In this document: piece by piece, positions 38,415-51,410 of the stretch | Layout: every line of letters starts with the position of its first letter | Numbering within the stretch: position 1 is the first letter of the stretch | DNA from: Azolla caroliniana | Taxonomy: Eukaryota; Plantae; Polypodiophyta | Direction: 5' to 3' | NCBI GenBank assembly: GCA_043228905.1 | Contig: JBHGNT010000010.1 | Location: forward strand, 8,494,001 to 8,558,000 | DNA: 64,000 nucleotides | The notes under the pieces: model-generated | Told to the model about the DNA's origin: nothing | The model's input: only the letters and a program-made list of their open reading frames with translations | The model's database searches: none | Translations under genes and position numbers: made by a program

Positions 38415-38946
38415 AAAGGCAACAAACACTTTTGAGAGACACATTTGCATGCATTCTTTTACGAGGAATCTACGAATAAACTTAACATATAAACATCCTC
38501 TTAATGGGGACAAGTCTTGTTCCGTTCGGTTACAATCTGGTCATGTTTCATGCTAATTACATCTAGATCGCAATGTTTAAAGGGCAATCGATGCGACTAG
38601 ATATTAAACGTTAATTGAATTAATCAACTACACAACTACAACCAAACATAATCCTAATCTCTACTTGATAGCGAAATATTAATGCACACTCAAACAAGAT
38701 TTTGGTTTATTAAGTAAAGATACGTGGTAATATACACACTGACAAGTTGCAGGGATAGATATATTCGGAGAGCGTCGGATTGAATACCGGAATATCATTG
38801 TTGGATACACCTTTATGTTTAAGGGGTAGTGGATGAGACAAGATATCTAAACGTAAATTTGATCTCTAATTGATCGTTCAACCTCAATCCACTGTTATTC
38901 GGGAATTTTGTTTGTGAACCATAGAGTCAATATTTCATGGGATGTT

Positions 38947-38951
38947 GCGGG

Positions 38952-38994
<43 letters not shown>

Positions 38995-39019
38995 ACGTGT
39001 TCAATCCACGTTCACCGCA
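38947..39019 (+). tRNA. tRNA-Phe(GAA), TTCAATC variant
   Basis: Same single G57>A as 36527. Confidence 0.88.
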
Positions 39020-39551
39020 AAAGGCAACAAACACTTTTGAGAGACACATTTGCATGCATTCTTTTACGAGGAATCTACGAATAAACTTAACATATAAACA
39101 TCCTCTTAATGGCGACAAGTCTTGTTCTGTTCGGTTACAATCTGGTCATGTTTCATGCTAATTACATCTGGATCGCAATGTTTAAAGGGGAATCGATGAG
39201 ACTAGATGTTAAACGTTAATTCAATTAATCATCTACACAACTACAACCAAACATAATCCTATTCTCTACTTGATAGCGAAATATTAATGCACACTCAAAC
39301 AAGATTTTGGTTTATTAAGTAAAGATACTTTGAAATATACACACCGACAAGTTGCAGGGATAGATATGTTCGGAGAGCGTCGGATTGAATACCGGAATAT
39401 CATTGTTGGATACACCTTTATGTTTAAGGGGTAGTGGATGAGACTAGATATCTAAACGTAAAGTTGATCTCTAATTGATTATTCAACTTTAATCCACTGT
39501 TATTCGGGAATTTTGTTTGTGAACCATAGAGACAATATTTCATGGGATCTT

Positions 39552-39556
39552 GCGGG

Positions 39557-39599
<43 letters not shown>

Positions 39600-39624
39600 A
39601 CGTGTTCGATCCACGTTCACCGCA
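39552..39624 (+). tRNA. tRNA-Phe(GAA), perfect
   Basis: Identical to consensus. Confidence 0.92.
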
Positions 39625-40156
39625 AAAGACAACAAACACTTTCGAGATACACATTTGCATGCATTATTTTACAAGAAATCTACGAATTAACTTAACATAT
39701 AAACATCCTGTTATTGGCGACAAGTCTTGTTCTGTTCGGTTACAATATGGTTATGTTTCATGCTAACTACATCTGGATCGCAATGTTTAAAGGGCAATCG
39801 ATGAGACTAGATATTTAACATTAATTAAATTAATCAACTACGCAACTACAACCAAACATAATCCAAATGTCTACTTGATAGCGAAATATTAATGCACACT
39901 CAAACAAGATTTTGGTTTATTAAGTAAAGATACGTGGAAATATACACACTGACAAGTTGCAGGGATAGATATGTTCGGAGATCGTCATATTGAATACCGG
40001 AATATCATTGTTGGATACACCTTTATGTTTATGGGCTGGTCGATGAGACTAGATATCTAAACGTAAAGTTGATCTCTAATTGATCGTTCAACCTCAATCC
40101 ACTCTTAATCGGGAATTTTGTTTGTGAACCATAGAGACAATATTTGATGGGATGTT

Positions 40157-40161
40157 GCGGG

Positions 40162-40204
<43 letters not shown>

Positions 40205-40229
40205 ACGTGTTCGATCCACGTTCACCGCA
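40157..40229 (+). tRNA. tRNA-Phe(GAA), perfect
   Basis: Identical to consensus. Confidence 0.92.
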
Positions 40230-40681
40230 AAAGGCAACAAACACTTTCGGACACACATTTGCATGCATTATTTTACTAGGAATCTACGAATAAACCTAAC
40301 ATATAAACATCCTGTTATAAACATCCATGAGACTAGATATTAAACATTAATTGAATTAATCAACAGCACAACTTCAACCAAACATAATCCGAATCTCTAG
40401 TTGGTAGCGAAATATTAATGCACACTCAAACATGATTTTGGTTTATTAAGTAAAGATACGTGGAATTATAGATACTAACAACTTGCAGCAGTAGATATGT
40501 TCGGAGAGCGTTGGATTCAATACCGGAATTTCATTGTTGGATACACCTTTATGTTTAAGGGATAGTGGATGAGACTAGATATCTAAACATAAAGTTGATC
40601 TCTAATTGATCGTTCAACTTTAATCCACTGTTATTCGAAATTTTGTTTGTGAACCATAGAGACAATATTTGGTGGGATGTT

Positions 40682-40692
40682 GCGGGGATAGT

Positions 40693-40729
<37 letters not shown>

Positions 40730-40754
40730 ACGTGTTCGATCCACGTTCACCGCA
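40682..40754 (+). tRNA. tRNA-Phe(GAA), C11>T variant
   Basis: GATAGTTCAG. Confidence 0.78.
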
Positions 40755-41206
40755 AAAGGCAACAAACACTTTCGAACACACATTTGCATGCATTATTTTA
40801 CGAGGAATCTACGAATAAACCTAACATATAAACATCGTGTTATAAACATCCATGAGACTAGATATTAAACATTAATTGAATTAATCAACAGCACAACTAC
40901 AACCAAACATAATCCGAATCTCTAGTTGGTAGCGAAATATTAATGCACACTCAAACATGATTTTGGTTTATTAAGTAAAGATACGTGGAATTATAGATAC
41001 TAACAACTTGCAGCGATAGATATGTTCGGAGAGCGTTGGATTCTATACCGGAATTTCATTGTTGGATACACCTTTATGTTTAAGGGATAGTGGATGAGAC
41101 TAGATATCTAAACATAAAGTTGATCTCTAATTGATCGTTCAACTTTAATCCACTGTTATTCGAAATTTTGTTTGTGAACCATAGAGACAATATTTGGTGG
41201 GATGTT

Positions 41207-41211
41207 GCGGG

Positions 41212-41254
<43 letters not shown>

Positions 41255-41279
41255 ACGTGTTCGATCCACGTTCACCGCA
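41207..41279 (+). tRNA. tRNA-Phe(GAA), perfect
   Basis: Identical to consensus. Confidence 0.92.
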
Positions 41280-41810
41280 AAAGGCAACAAACACTTTCGA
41301 GAGATACATTTGCATGCATTATTTTATGAGGAATCTACGAATAAACTTAACATTTAAACATCTTGTTACTGGCGACAAGTCTTGTTCTGTTCAGTTACAA
41401 TATAGTCATGTTTCATGCTAATTACAACTGGATCGCAATATTTAAAGGGGAATCGATGAGACTAGATATTAAACGTTAATGGAATTAATCAACTACACAA
41501 CTACAACGAAACCTATTCATAATCTCTACTTGATAGCGAAATATTAATGCACACTCAAACAAGATTTTTGTTTACTAAGTAAAGATAGGTGGAAATATAC
41601 ACACTCGAATGTTGCAGGGATAGATATATTCGGAGAGCGTGAGATTGAATATCTGAATATCATTGTTCGATACACCTTTATGTTTAAGAGGTTGTGGATG
41701 AGACTAGATATCTAAACGTAAAGTCGATCTTTAATCGATTGTTCAACTTTAATCCACTGTTATTCAGAATTTTGTTTGTGAACCATAGAGACAATATTTG
41801 ATGGGATGTT

Positions 41811-41815
41811 GCGGG

Positions 41816-41858
<43 letters not shown>

Positions 41859-41883
41859 ACGTGTTCGATCCACGTTCACCGCA
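41811..41883 (+). tRNA. tRNA-Phe(GAA), perfect
   Basis: Identical to consensus. Confidence 0.92.
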
Positions 41884-42414
41884 AAAGGCAACAAACACTT
41901 TCGAGAGATACATTTGCATGCATTATTTTATGAGGAATCTACGAATAAACTTAACATTTAAACATCTTGTTACTGGCGACAAGTCTTGTTCTGTTCAGTT
42001 ACAATATAGTCATGTTTCATGCTAATTACAACTGGATCGCAATATTTAAAGGGGAATCGATGAGACTAGATATTAAACGTTAATGGAATTAATCAACTAC
42101 ACAACTACAACGAAACCTATTCATAATCTCTACTTGATAGCGAAATATTAATGCACACTCAAACAAGATTTTTGTTTACTAAGTAAAGATAGGTGGAAAT
42201 ATACACACTCGAATGTTGCAGGGATAGATATATTCGGAGAGCGTGAGATTGAATATCTGAATATCATTGTTCGATACACCTTTATGTTTAAGAGGTTGTG
42301 GATGAGACTAGATATCTAAACGTAAAGTCGATCTTTAATCGATTGTTCAACTTTAATCCACTGTTATTCAGAATTTTGTTTGTGAACCATAGAGACAATA
42401 TTTGATGGGATGTT

Positions 42415-42419
42415 GCGGG

Positions 42420-42462
<43 letters not shown>

Positions 42463-42487
42463 ACGTGTTCGATCCACGTTCACTGCA
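42415..42487 (+). tRNA. tRNA-Phe(GAA), 1 acceptor-stem change
   Basis: TCACTGCA. Confidence 0.8.
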
Positions 42488-43018
42488 AAAGGCAAGAAAC
42501 ACTTTCGAGAGACACATTTGCATGCATTATTTTACGAGGAATCTACGAATAAACTTAACATATAAACATCATGTTAATGGCGACAAGTCTTGTTCTGTTC
42601 CGTTACAATATAGTCATGTTTCATGCTAATTACATCTGGATCGCAATGTTTAAAGGGGAATCGATTAGACTAGATATTATACGTTAATTGAATTAATCAA
42701 CTACACAACTAGAACTAAACGTAATCCTAAACTCTACTTGATAGCAAAACATTAATGCACACAAAATCAAGATTTTCGTTTATTAAGTCAAAATAGGTGG
42801 AAATATACACACTCGCAAGTTGGAAGGATAGATAATTTGGGAGAGCGTCAGATTGAATATCTGAAATTTTTGGTTGATACACCTTTATGTTTAAGGGGTA
42901 GTGGATGAGACTAGATATCTAAACGTAAAGTTGATCTCTAATTGATCGCTCGACTTTAATCCACAGTTATTCGGGAATTTTGTTTGTGAGTCATAGACAC
43001 AATATTTGATGGGATGTT

Positions 43019-43091
43019 GCGGGGATAGCTCAGTTGGGAGAGTGTCAGACTGAAGATCTGAAGGTCACGTGTTCGATCCACGTTCACCGCA
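43019..43091 (+). tRNA. tRNA-Phe(GAA), 1 D-stem change
   Basis: GAGTGTC. Confidence 0.8.
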
Positions 43092-43621
43092 AAAGGCAAC
43101 AAACACTTTCGAGAGACACATTTGCATGCATTCTTTGACATGAAGTCTACGAATAAAATGAACATATAAACATCCTATTAATGTCAACAATTGTTATGCT
43201 TTTGGTTGACAATATGGTCATGTTTCATGCAAATTCTATCTTGAGCGTAATGTTTAAGGGGGAGTCTGTGAGACTAAATATTCAACTTTAATCTAATTAA
43301 TCAACTCGAAAACCAGAACGAAATATAATCCTAATCTCTACTTGATCGCGAAACTTTAATGCACACATACTCGAGATTTTCGTTTAGCAACCCAAAATAG
43401 GTGTAAATGTACACACTCGGAACTTGCGAGGATTGATAAGTTGGGAGAGCGTGAGATTGAATATTTGAACATCATTGTTTGATACACGTTCATGTTTATG
43501 GGGAGTGGATGAGACTAGATATCTTTACCGTAATCTTGATCTCTAGTTGATCGGTCAAATTTTGATCAATTATTCGGGAATTTTGTTTATGAACTATATA
43601 GATTGTACTTGATGCGAATTT

Positions 43622-43694
43622 GCAGGGATAGCTCAGTCAGAAGAGCGTCAGACTGAAGATCCGAAGATCACGCGTTCGATCCACGTTCATCGAA
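43622..43694 (+). pseudogene. Degenerate tRNA-Phe
   Basis: Many substitutions. Confidence 0.75.
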
Positions 43695-43952
43695 AAAGGC
43701 AACAAACACTTTAAAGAGACACATTTGAATGCATTATTTCACAAGAAATCTACGAATAAATTGAACATATAAACATCTTGTTAATGTCGTCTCGCCCTAA
43801 AACATTGCGCTCAAGATGGAATTAGCATGAAACATGACCATATTTTCACCCAAAGGACAAGACTTGTCGACCTTAATAGTATTTTTGTATGTTCATTTTA
43901 GTCGTAGATTTCATGTCAAATAATGCATTCAAATGTTTCTTTCGATGCCTTT

Positions 43953-44025
43953 CACGGTGAATGTGGATTGAACACGTGACCTTCAGATCTTCAGTTTGAC
44001 GCTCTCCCACCTGAGCTATCCCCGC
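43953..44025 (-). pseudogene. Degenerate tRNA-Phe, inverted
   Basis: Reverse-complement match. Confidence 0.8.
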
Positions 44026-44512
44026 AACATGCCCTCAAATATTGTTTATATGATTCATAAACAAAATTCTCTAGTAGCTGTGAATTAAAGTTGAGCGATC
44101 AACTAGAGATCAACATTTCGTTTAGATATCTAGTCTCATCCACTACCCCTTAAACATGAAGGTGTATCGAACAATGATATTCAGATATTCAATCTGATGT
44201 TCTCTGAACTAATCTATCCTTGCAACTTGCAAGTGTGTATATTTCCATCTATTTTGAGGCTATAAACAAATATCTCGAATGAGTATACATCAAAGTTTCA
44301 CGATCAAGTAGAGATTAGGATTACGTTTAGTCGTGGTTGTCCAGTTGATTTATTCAAATAATGTAGAATATCTAGTGTCATCGAGTTCCCCTTAAACATT
44401 GCGCTCAAGATGGAATTATCATGATTCATGATCATATTATCATGATTCATGACATTAATATGATGTTTATATGTGCATTCAAATATGTCTCCCTAAAGTG
44501 TTTGGTACCTTT

Positions 44513-44571
44513 TGTGGTGAATGTGGATCGAACATGTGACCTTCAGATCTTCAGTTTGACGTTATCCCCGC
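44513..44571 (-). pseudogene. tRNA-Phe with D-arm deletion, inverted
   Basis: GAC GTTATCCCCGC. Confidence 0.8.
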
Positions 44572-45160
44572 AACTTCCCATCCAAACTGTCTATATGGTT
44601 CATAAACAAAATTCTCGAATAACTCTGGATAAAAATTGAGGGATCAACTAAAGATCAACATTACGTTTAGATATCTAGTCTCCTCCACAACCCCTTAAAC
44701 ATGAAGGTGTATCGAACAATGATATTAAGATATTCAATCTAACACTCTCTGAACGGAGCTATTCCTACAACTTGCGAGTGTGTATATTTCCACCTATTTT
44801 GAGTTAATAAACAATAATCTCGAATCAGTGTGCATTATTGTTTCGCTATCAAGTAGAGATTAGGATTACGTTTAGTTTTCGTTGTGTAGTTTATTTATTC
44901 AATTAACGTTATTATTGTTTCACTATCAAGTAGAGATTAGGATTACGTTTAGTTTTCGTTGTGTAATTGATTAATTCAATTAACGTTTAATATCTAGTCT
45001 GATCGAAACATGAAACAATTAGCATGAAACATGACCATGTTGTAAGCCAAAAGGACAAACCTTGTTGACATTAACAGGATGTTTATATGTTCATTTCAAT
45101 CATAGATTTCTTGTAATATAATGCATTCAAATGTCTCTCTCAAAAGTGTTTGTTGCCTTA

Positions 45161-45233
45161 TGCAGAGAATGTGGATCGAACACATGACCTTCAAATCTTC
45201 AGTCTGACGCTCCTGCAACTGAGGTATTCCTGC
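45161..45233 (-). pseudogene. Degenerate tRNA-Phe, inverted
   Basis: Reverse-complement match with many changes. Confidence 0.75.
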
Positions 45234-45409
45234 AACTTCCCATTAAATACTATCTATATTGTTCATAAATAAAATTCTCGAATAACTGTGGATTAAAGTT
45301 AAGCGATCTCTAAACATAATCTTGATCTCTAGTTGATCCCTGAAATTTAATCCACAATTATTCCGGAATTTTGTTTGTGAACCATATAGATAGTATTTGA
45401 TGGGAAGTT

Positions 45410-45482
45410 GCGGGGATAGCTCAGTTGGGAGAGCGTCAGATTGAAGATCTGAAGGTCACGTGTTCGATTCACGTTCACCGCA
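45410..45482 (+). tRNA. tRNA-Phe(GAA), 2 substitutions
   Basis: CAGATTGAAGA, TTCGATTCAC. Confidence 0.65.
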
Positions 45483-45966
45483 AAAGGCAACAAACACTTT
45501 CGAGAGACACAATGCATTATTTGACAAGAATTCTACGTATGAAATGAACATATCAATGCCCTATTAATGTCAACAAGTCTTGTCCTTCTGGGTGGACAAT
45601 ATGGTCATGTTTCATGCTAATTCCATCTGGAGCATATTGTTTATGGGGGAATCGATGAGACTAGATATTAAACGTTAATTCAATTAATCAACTGCACAAC
45701 CACAACTTAATGTAATCCTAATCTCTACCTGACCAAGAAAATAGGTGGAAATATACACACTCGCAAGTTGCAGGGATAGATCAATTGGGAGAGCCTAATA
45801 TTGAATATATGAATATCATTGTTCGATACATATTCATGTTTAAGGGGGAGTGGATGAGACCAGATATCTAAACGTAATCTTAATTTGTAGTGGATTGCTC
45901 AACTTTAATCTACAGTTATTCGAGAATTTAAGTATGAATCATATAGACTGTATTTGATGGGAAGTT

Positions 45967-46039
45967 GCAGGGATAGCTGAGTTGGGAGAGTGTCAGATTG
46001 AAAATCTGAAGGTCACGTGTGCGATCCATATTCACTACA
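45967..46039 (+). pseudogene. Degenerate tRNA-Phe
   Basis: Many substitutions. Confidence 0.7.
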
Positions 46040-46571
46040 AAATGCAACAAAAACTTTTGAGAGACACATTTGCATGCATTATTTGACAAGAAATCTACGA
46101 ATGAAATGAACATATAAACGTCTTGTTAATGTCGACAAGTCTTGTTCTTTTGGGTGACAATATGGTCATGTTTCATGCTAATTCCATCTTGAGCACAATG
46201 TTTAAGGGTGAGTCGACAAGACTAGATATTCAACGTTTATTAAATTAATCAACTGCACAACCACAACTTAGCGTAATCCTAATTTCTACCTGATCGCGAA
46301 ACTTTAATGCACACTCATTCGAGATTTTTGTTTATTAAGTCAAAATAGGTGGAAATATACACACTCGCAAGTTGCAGGGATAGATAAGTTCGGAGAGCAT
46401 CATATTGAATATATGAATATCATTGTTCGATACACCTTCATGTTTAAGGGGGAGTGGATGAAACAAGATATCTAAACGTAATGTTGATCTCTAGTTGATC
46501 GCTCAACTTTAATCCACAGTTATTCGAGAATTTTGGTTATGAACCATATAGACAGTATTTCATGGGAAGTG

Positions 46572-46644
46572 GCGGGGATAGCTCAGTTGGGAGAGCGTCA
46601 AACTAAAGATCTAAAGGTCATGTGTTCGATCCACGTTCACCGCA
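46572..46644 (+). pseudogene. Degenerate tRNA-Phe (anticodon mutated to AAA)
   Basis: AACTAAAGATCTAAAGG. Confidence 0.7.
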
Positions 46645-46765
46645 AAAGGCAATAAACACTTTCGATAGACACATTTGAATGCATTATTTGACAAGAATTC
46701 TAGGCATGAAATGAACATATAAACATCTTGTTAATGTCGACAAGTCTTGTCCTTTGGGTGACAAT

Positions 46766-48175
46766 TTTTTTTCACGAAGTTAGATCTTCAAGGTGCCTAC
46801 AACCTTGTTCGAATTCTTCTTGGGATGAATGGAAGACTGCTTTCCACACTCGTTATCGCCATTTTGAATGCACCAACAATTTTCCAACATATGACGAATG
46901 ACATTTTTCGGGACTTCCTCGATACCTTTATCATAGTTTACCTAGATGATATCTTGATCTACTCAAAAACTCAAGAGGAGGAAGTACGCATGTTCAAACT
47001 CTTACATACTTCTTGCAAACTCTCTTCCGGCTACCATCTAAAAACTAACAGACTGAGTGAGTGCACCAACCAAACAGCTAGAACAGTATCTTCATTGTTT
47101 TGTCCACTATCAACAAGATGATTGGGTTGATCTATTATATTTGGCGGAATTTTCTTACAACAACTCAGAACATTCTTCTACTGGATATTCCCCACTTTTT
47201 GCAAACATTGGGTACCATCCTCGTTGGACGATGCTTGAACATCCCAAACTTCTGGCAAACCCGGTTCTTGAAGATCGGCTCACCCGACTCAAAGAAGTTC
47301 AAGATATACTTCTGCACCATTTATGTGATGCCCAAAACACTTAAAAGAAGGTTGTTGACCATCATCAGTGTGATTCATCGACTACGTTTCAAGTAGGCCA
47401 TTGAGTATGGCTCTATCAAGGTAGCATTAAAACCACCCGACCTTCCTACAAACTGGATTATCAACGTTTCGGCCCATATGTGATCTCTTGTAAGGTCAAT
47501 GATGTGACGTTTCGCCTTAATCTTCCTCCTCATATGCGTCTTCACCCAGTCTTCCATGTTTCACTTTTGGAGACCTACACAACAAGCTCTATTTTGGGTC
47601 ATCTTACACCTCCCCCACCTCCAATCGACATTTCTAAATGGATCTGAATATGAGGTCATTGCCATTCTCGACTCCAAGATCATCCGCAACAAACTATATT
47701 ATTTGGTTGATTGGTTAGGTTATACACCTAATGATCGAACATGGGAGCTTACCGAGAATCTTGTTAATACCTCCGACATGGTTGTTGCATTTCACAACAA
47801 ATATCCCCATAAACCAAGTCCAAACTCTTGTCTTCCGACTCGTGGAACTCGTCGTCGAAAATGGGGGATAATGTCCTAAAGACATACATTTTGGCTTATC
47901 AGGAGTCAAACCCACAACTTTTTGGTCTATGTGTTGAACCTTTAACCATTGTAATAACATATATAATGTGTAATTATAATAATTATATTTTTAGTTATTA
48001 CAAGATATTTAGAATATTCTAGAGCATTCAATATTATTCTTAAACATTCTTGAATATTTCATGATTATATATATTATCATAAATATCTAAAATATTCTAG
48101 AACATTCTAGAATACTCCATAAGGATCTAATAAATCTTGATAATGTTTTATAAAGATAATATTAACAACACGCTA
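46766..48175 (+). mobile_element. Chromoviral Ty3/Gypsy remnant (RT, integrase, chromodomain, PPT, start of 3' LTR)
   Basis: FTKLDLQGAYNLVR, IVYLDDILIYSKT, QDDWVDLLYLAEFSYNN, chromodomain EYEV..ILD..YLVDWLGY..RTWE; PPT GGGGGATAA then TGTC at 47872. Confidence 0.88.
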
Positions 48176-50223
48176 TGATCAACTAGAGGTGCATGTGGTG
48201 CGACATTGTCAGCCATATTCGAAGAGTGCGTCGACTTCGCCGAAGCACTTAAGAACAATGTCATGTACCTATGGAATAGTCGGGTACACGTAGAGGGCGT
48301 CCACTAGAAATAAAAATCGGTCGGGGCAGGATAAAAAGGCTAATGGAGGAGGTTGCGGCGCGACACGCAGAGACCATCCACTACTCGGCGTCGGCTAGCA
48401 TCTGGGTCAAGGGTAAGAGCAGCGTTGGCTCCTGAGGCGATGCCGGATTCTGGCCGATAGTGCTTGAATGCTTCTCCGGAAAGAAGTTGGCGAAGGAGAA
48501 AGCAGACTGCGCGGAGAGGCGGGTTTGAGAGGTCACCAGATGGGACGATCCCGATTGAGGAAAAAAACGGTTTTGTAGAAACCACGTGCCAAAACTATGA
48601 GGTTCTGGTTGAAGACAAGCGGGCCGGGATGGCCGAAGGGGCTGGTCCCTCTAATTGATACGACACCCGAAGTGAACCGAAGGAAGATGATGGTGGTCCA
48701 GCTCGTGACGACATGCAAGGGTTGCCAACTGCATTCCGGAATCCGACACCAAGAGGAGTAGCACTCGACCTACCCGCCAGCCATTCACTTCAAGTGGATG
48801 GTCAACCTAGTGACAATGGTGATGGGGGTAGGGCAAATGAGGTACTTGGTGCTCGTGAGAGAGGACCTGACGAACCAGGTGGAGGATCGGGCCTTAATGA
48901 GCAAGACGACCGCAGCAGTATGCCGGTTCCTGATTGAAGACGTAGTATGCCGGTATGGATGCGTCCAGAAGATAGTAGCCGACCGAGGGGACCCTGATGT
49001 GCAAGAAGTCGAGGAGTTGTTCTACCAAATAGGGGTCAACCTCTCCCTTACAAGGGCATACAATCTGGAAGCGAACGGGGAAGTCGAACGAAGGCACATG
49101 CCGATCGTCAAGGCGATAGTGCGGGCATGCAACGGACAAGTCGGAAATTGGCCGAGACTTCTACCTTATGCACTATGGGCCGACCAAACTACACACAGTT
49201 CAATAACCGGATACATGCCAACCAAACTCATGTTCGGACAGGAGCCGATCATGCCGATAGAGCGAATGATAACATCATGGATGTTGGTCGACTGGTCAAA
49301 CGCGATGAGTCGGAAGGAGTTGCTAGCAACGCGGATCCAACAGCTCAAGCGAAGGCCAGAGGACGTGAAATGAGCGACGGTGAAGGTGGAAGAGGCGAAG
49401 TGGAAGAACAAGGGACGGTTCGAACGGACACACAGACTGAAGCCAAAGAAGATTGAAGAATGCGACTGGTTGTTGGTCTACGACAGCAGCCTCGACAACC
49501 AACATCAATCGACCCTGACGTTCGCAAAACGGTGTTTTGGGTTGTACATGTACGTGGTGATGAGCGCCAATGAGAACGCAACATACCACCTAGTGGAGCT
49601 CGACTGAATGAAGATAGTGGTATCGGTCGCAAGGAAGCGAATAAGGCCTTCAAGAAGTGACACAAGCCAGAACTGGATCCGGAGGTGGAAGAAGAAGACA
49701 GGAAGGCTTAGGAGCCGAATGAGGATCAGAGGAGGACAAGCAACGGGCCGGAATCCCCACTACTTCACTAGATTGGCACATATTGGAGGATGTGTGGTTT
49801 GGTGGGGGTGGATGTCGTGAAGGATTCCAGCCATAGGAGGAAAGGGGAGTCGGATGCGCGTGAACGGGGGTGTGCAAAAACGATGCACACGAACTAGGGT
49901 TTATATACATAAAACATATATGTAAATACCGAGGTCTAATAAGTACTAGACAAAGATAGTTTATTCAGTACTTTAAGTATCCCATAAAAAGAGGGGAATA
50001 ATAGGATATGATGGGAGTAAATCGTGTGAGGGATTGTTGACAGGAGCGATTGTCATCAATGCTAATGTAATCGACCTCCCCTTGTTCTATAAAAGGAGAG
50101 GAACGGATCTAAATCGGGGGCATCCATCGTTTTGGAGAACCAAGTGTTGTCGGACCGAGCGTTGCAGGTTTCAGTTTTCTGTTCTGAGTTTCCGGTGCTA
50201 GTAGTGAGCACTCTGTTTCGCAT

Positions 50224-51296
50224 TGTCGTGAAGTACGAAAGCTTCACATTAAAAGTTTACAATAAGATAAATAAGTAACTAAAATAAAATAAATATTGAT
50301 AATGTTTTATAAAGATAATATTAACAACACACTATAATAATAGTATACGTTATATGTAGAGGCAAATAAAAAAATCATATATATTATATTACATGGACAA
50401 GAGAGGACTTCAACCAATAACCCCCACCTTATGACTCTCAAACCTTACCATTTAAAGTGTCTGGTTTACCTTACCACTTGTAATATATATAAAACTATTT
50501 GTGTTGTTTTATTTGAAGTAGTATTGTCTGGTTTAATACCATAAACCATATAATGTACTACATGTGCACCATATAATATATTACATTGGCAAGAGAGGAC
50601 TTGAACCAACAACATCTACCTTACAAGTCTCAAACCTTACCATTTACCCAATATCCATGTATGTTGTATTATTTGAATTGATAATATATAGTCCAAACCA
50701 TGTACTTTACTACATGCCCATATAGCACAAATGCAAGAGCCCTCTCTGCATGTGTGACATATGGCCCACATGCAAAACCATCCCCTTCCTATAAAAGGAG
50801 AAGGGAGTATAGTCACAAGGATATGGAAGGAATTGAAATCGAAGAACTATATTGTATACTATATCATGAGAATCAAATAGAATTATATTACATAAGAGAT
50901 ATCATAAGATAAAAAGAGCAAGAGAAGAAGAAAAGACAAGACAAGAGCTAGCTTGGCGGTTGTGGTGCTCAACTCGCAACGAAAGGGCGACGGTTTGATT
51001 CTTATCTTCATCGAAATAGTGAAGTGAAGATTGTTGTGGCTCTTACTATCAACAAAGAGAAGAGTGATTACCTTGTGAGACAAAGTTCAAAGGTTCAACG
51101 TCGCCCGTAGTCATTTTGTAACTATTTCATCAAATAATTATAAATTTCTTTTATTCCTTCAAATATCATTTTATATCCTATATTGTCATATCTTGTTGAT
51201 CTCTATTTACTCTATCTCTACTTTTTCGTCTCTTCTGTCCATAATCCCAGTGATACCTTCCTCACTTTCACAATATCTTTTGTCTACATAACGATA
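50224..51296. mobile_element. Probable solo LTR nested in the Gypsy LTR
   Basis: TGTCGT...ACGATA ends; imperfect TSD CGCAT/CGCTT. Confidence 0.6.
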
Positions 51297-51363
51297 CGCT
51301 TCTAGGCGAGCCATGCCAAGACAGCGTTAGAAGCCTGTGTGATCCCAATCAGAGGCTCACTAG

Positions 51364-51367
<4 letters not shown>

Positions 51368-51408
<41 letters not shown>
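51368..51408. repeat. (TG)n microsatellite
   Basis: ~20 TG units. Confidence 0.95.

Positions 51409-51410
<2 letters not shown>

Larger units (their letters stand above)
33255..46765. repeat. tRNA-Phe satellite block 3 (~23 tRNA copies; inverted segment ~43787-45310)
   Basis: Regular ~604-605 bp period; two 525-bp units; three minus-strand copies. Confidence 0.95.

Noticed and set aside
9067-46765. Satellite as a CRISPR array or tandem SINE
   Set aside because: Spacers are conserved rather than unique, and the context is eukaryotic; there are no poly(A) tails or TSDs, and the tRNA is complete rather than a diverged SINE head
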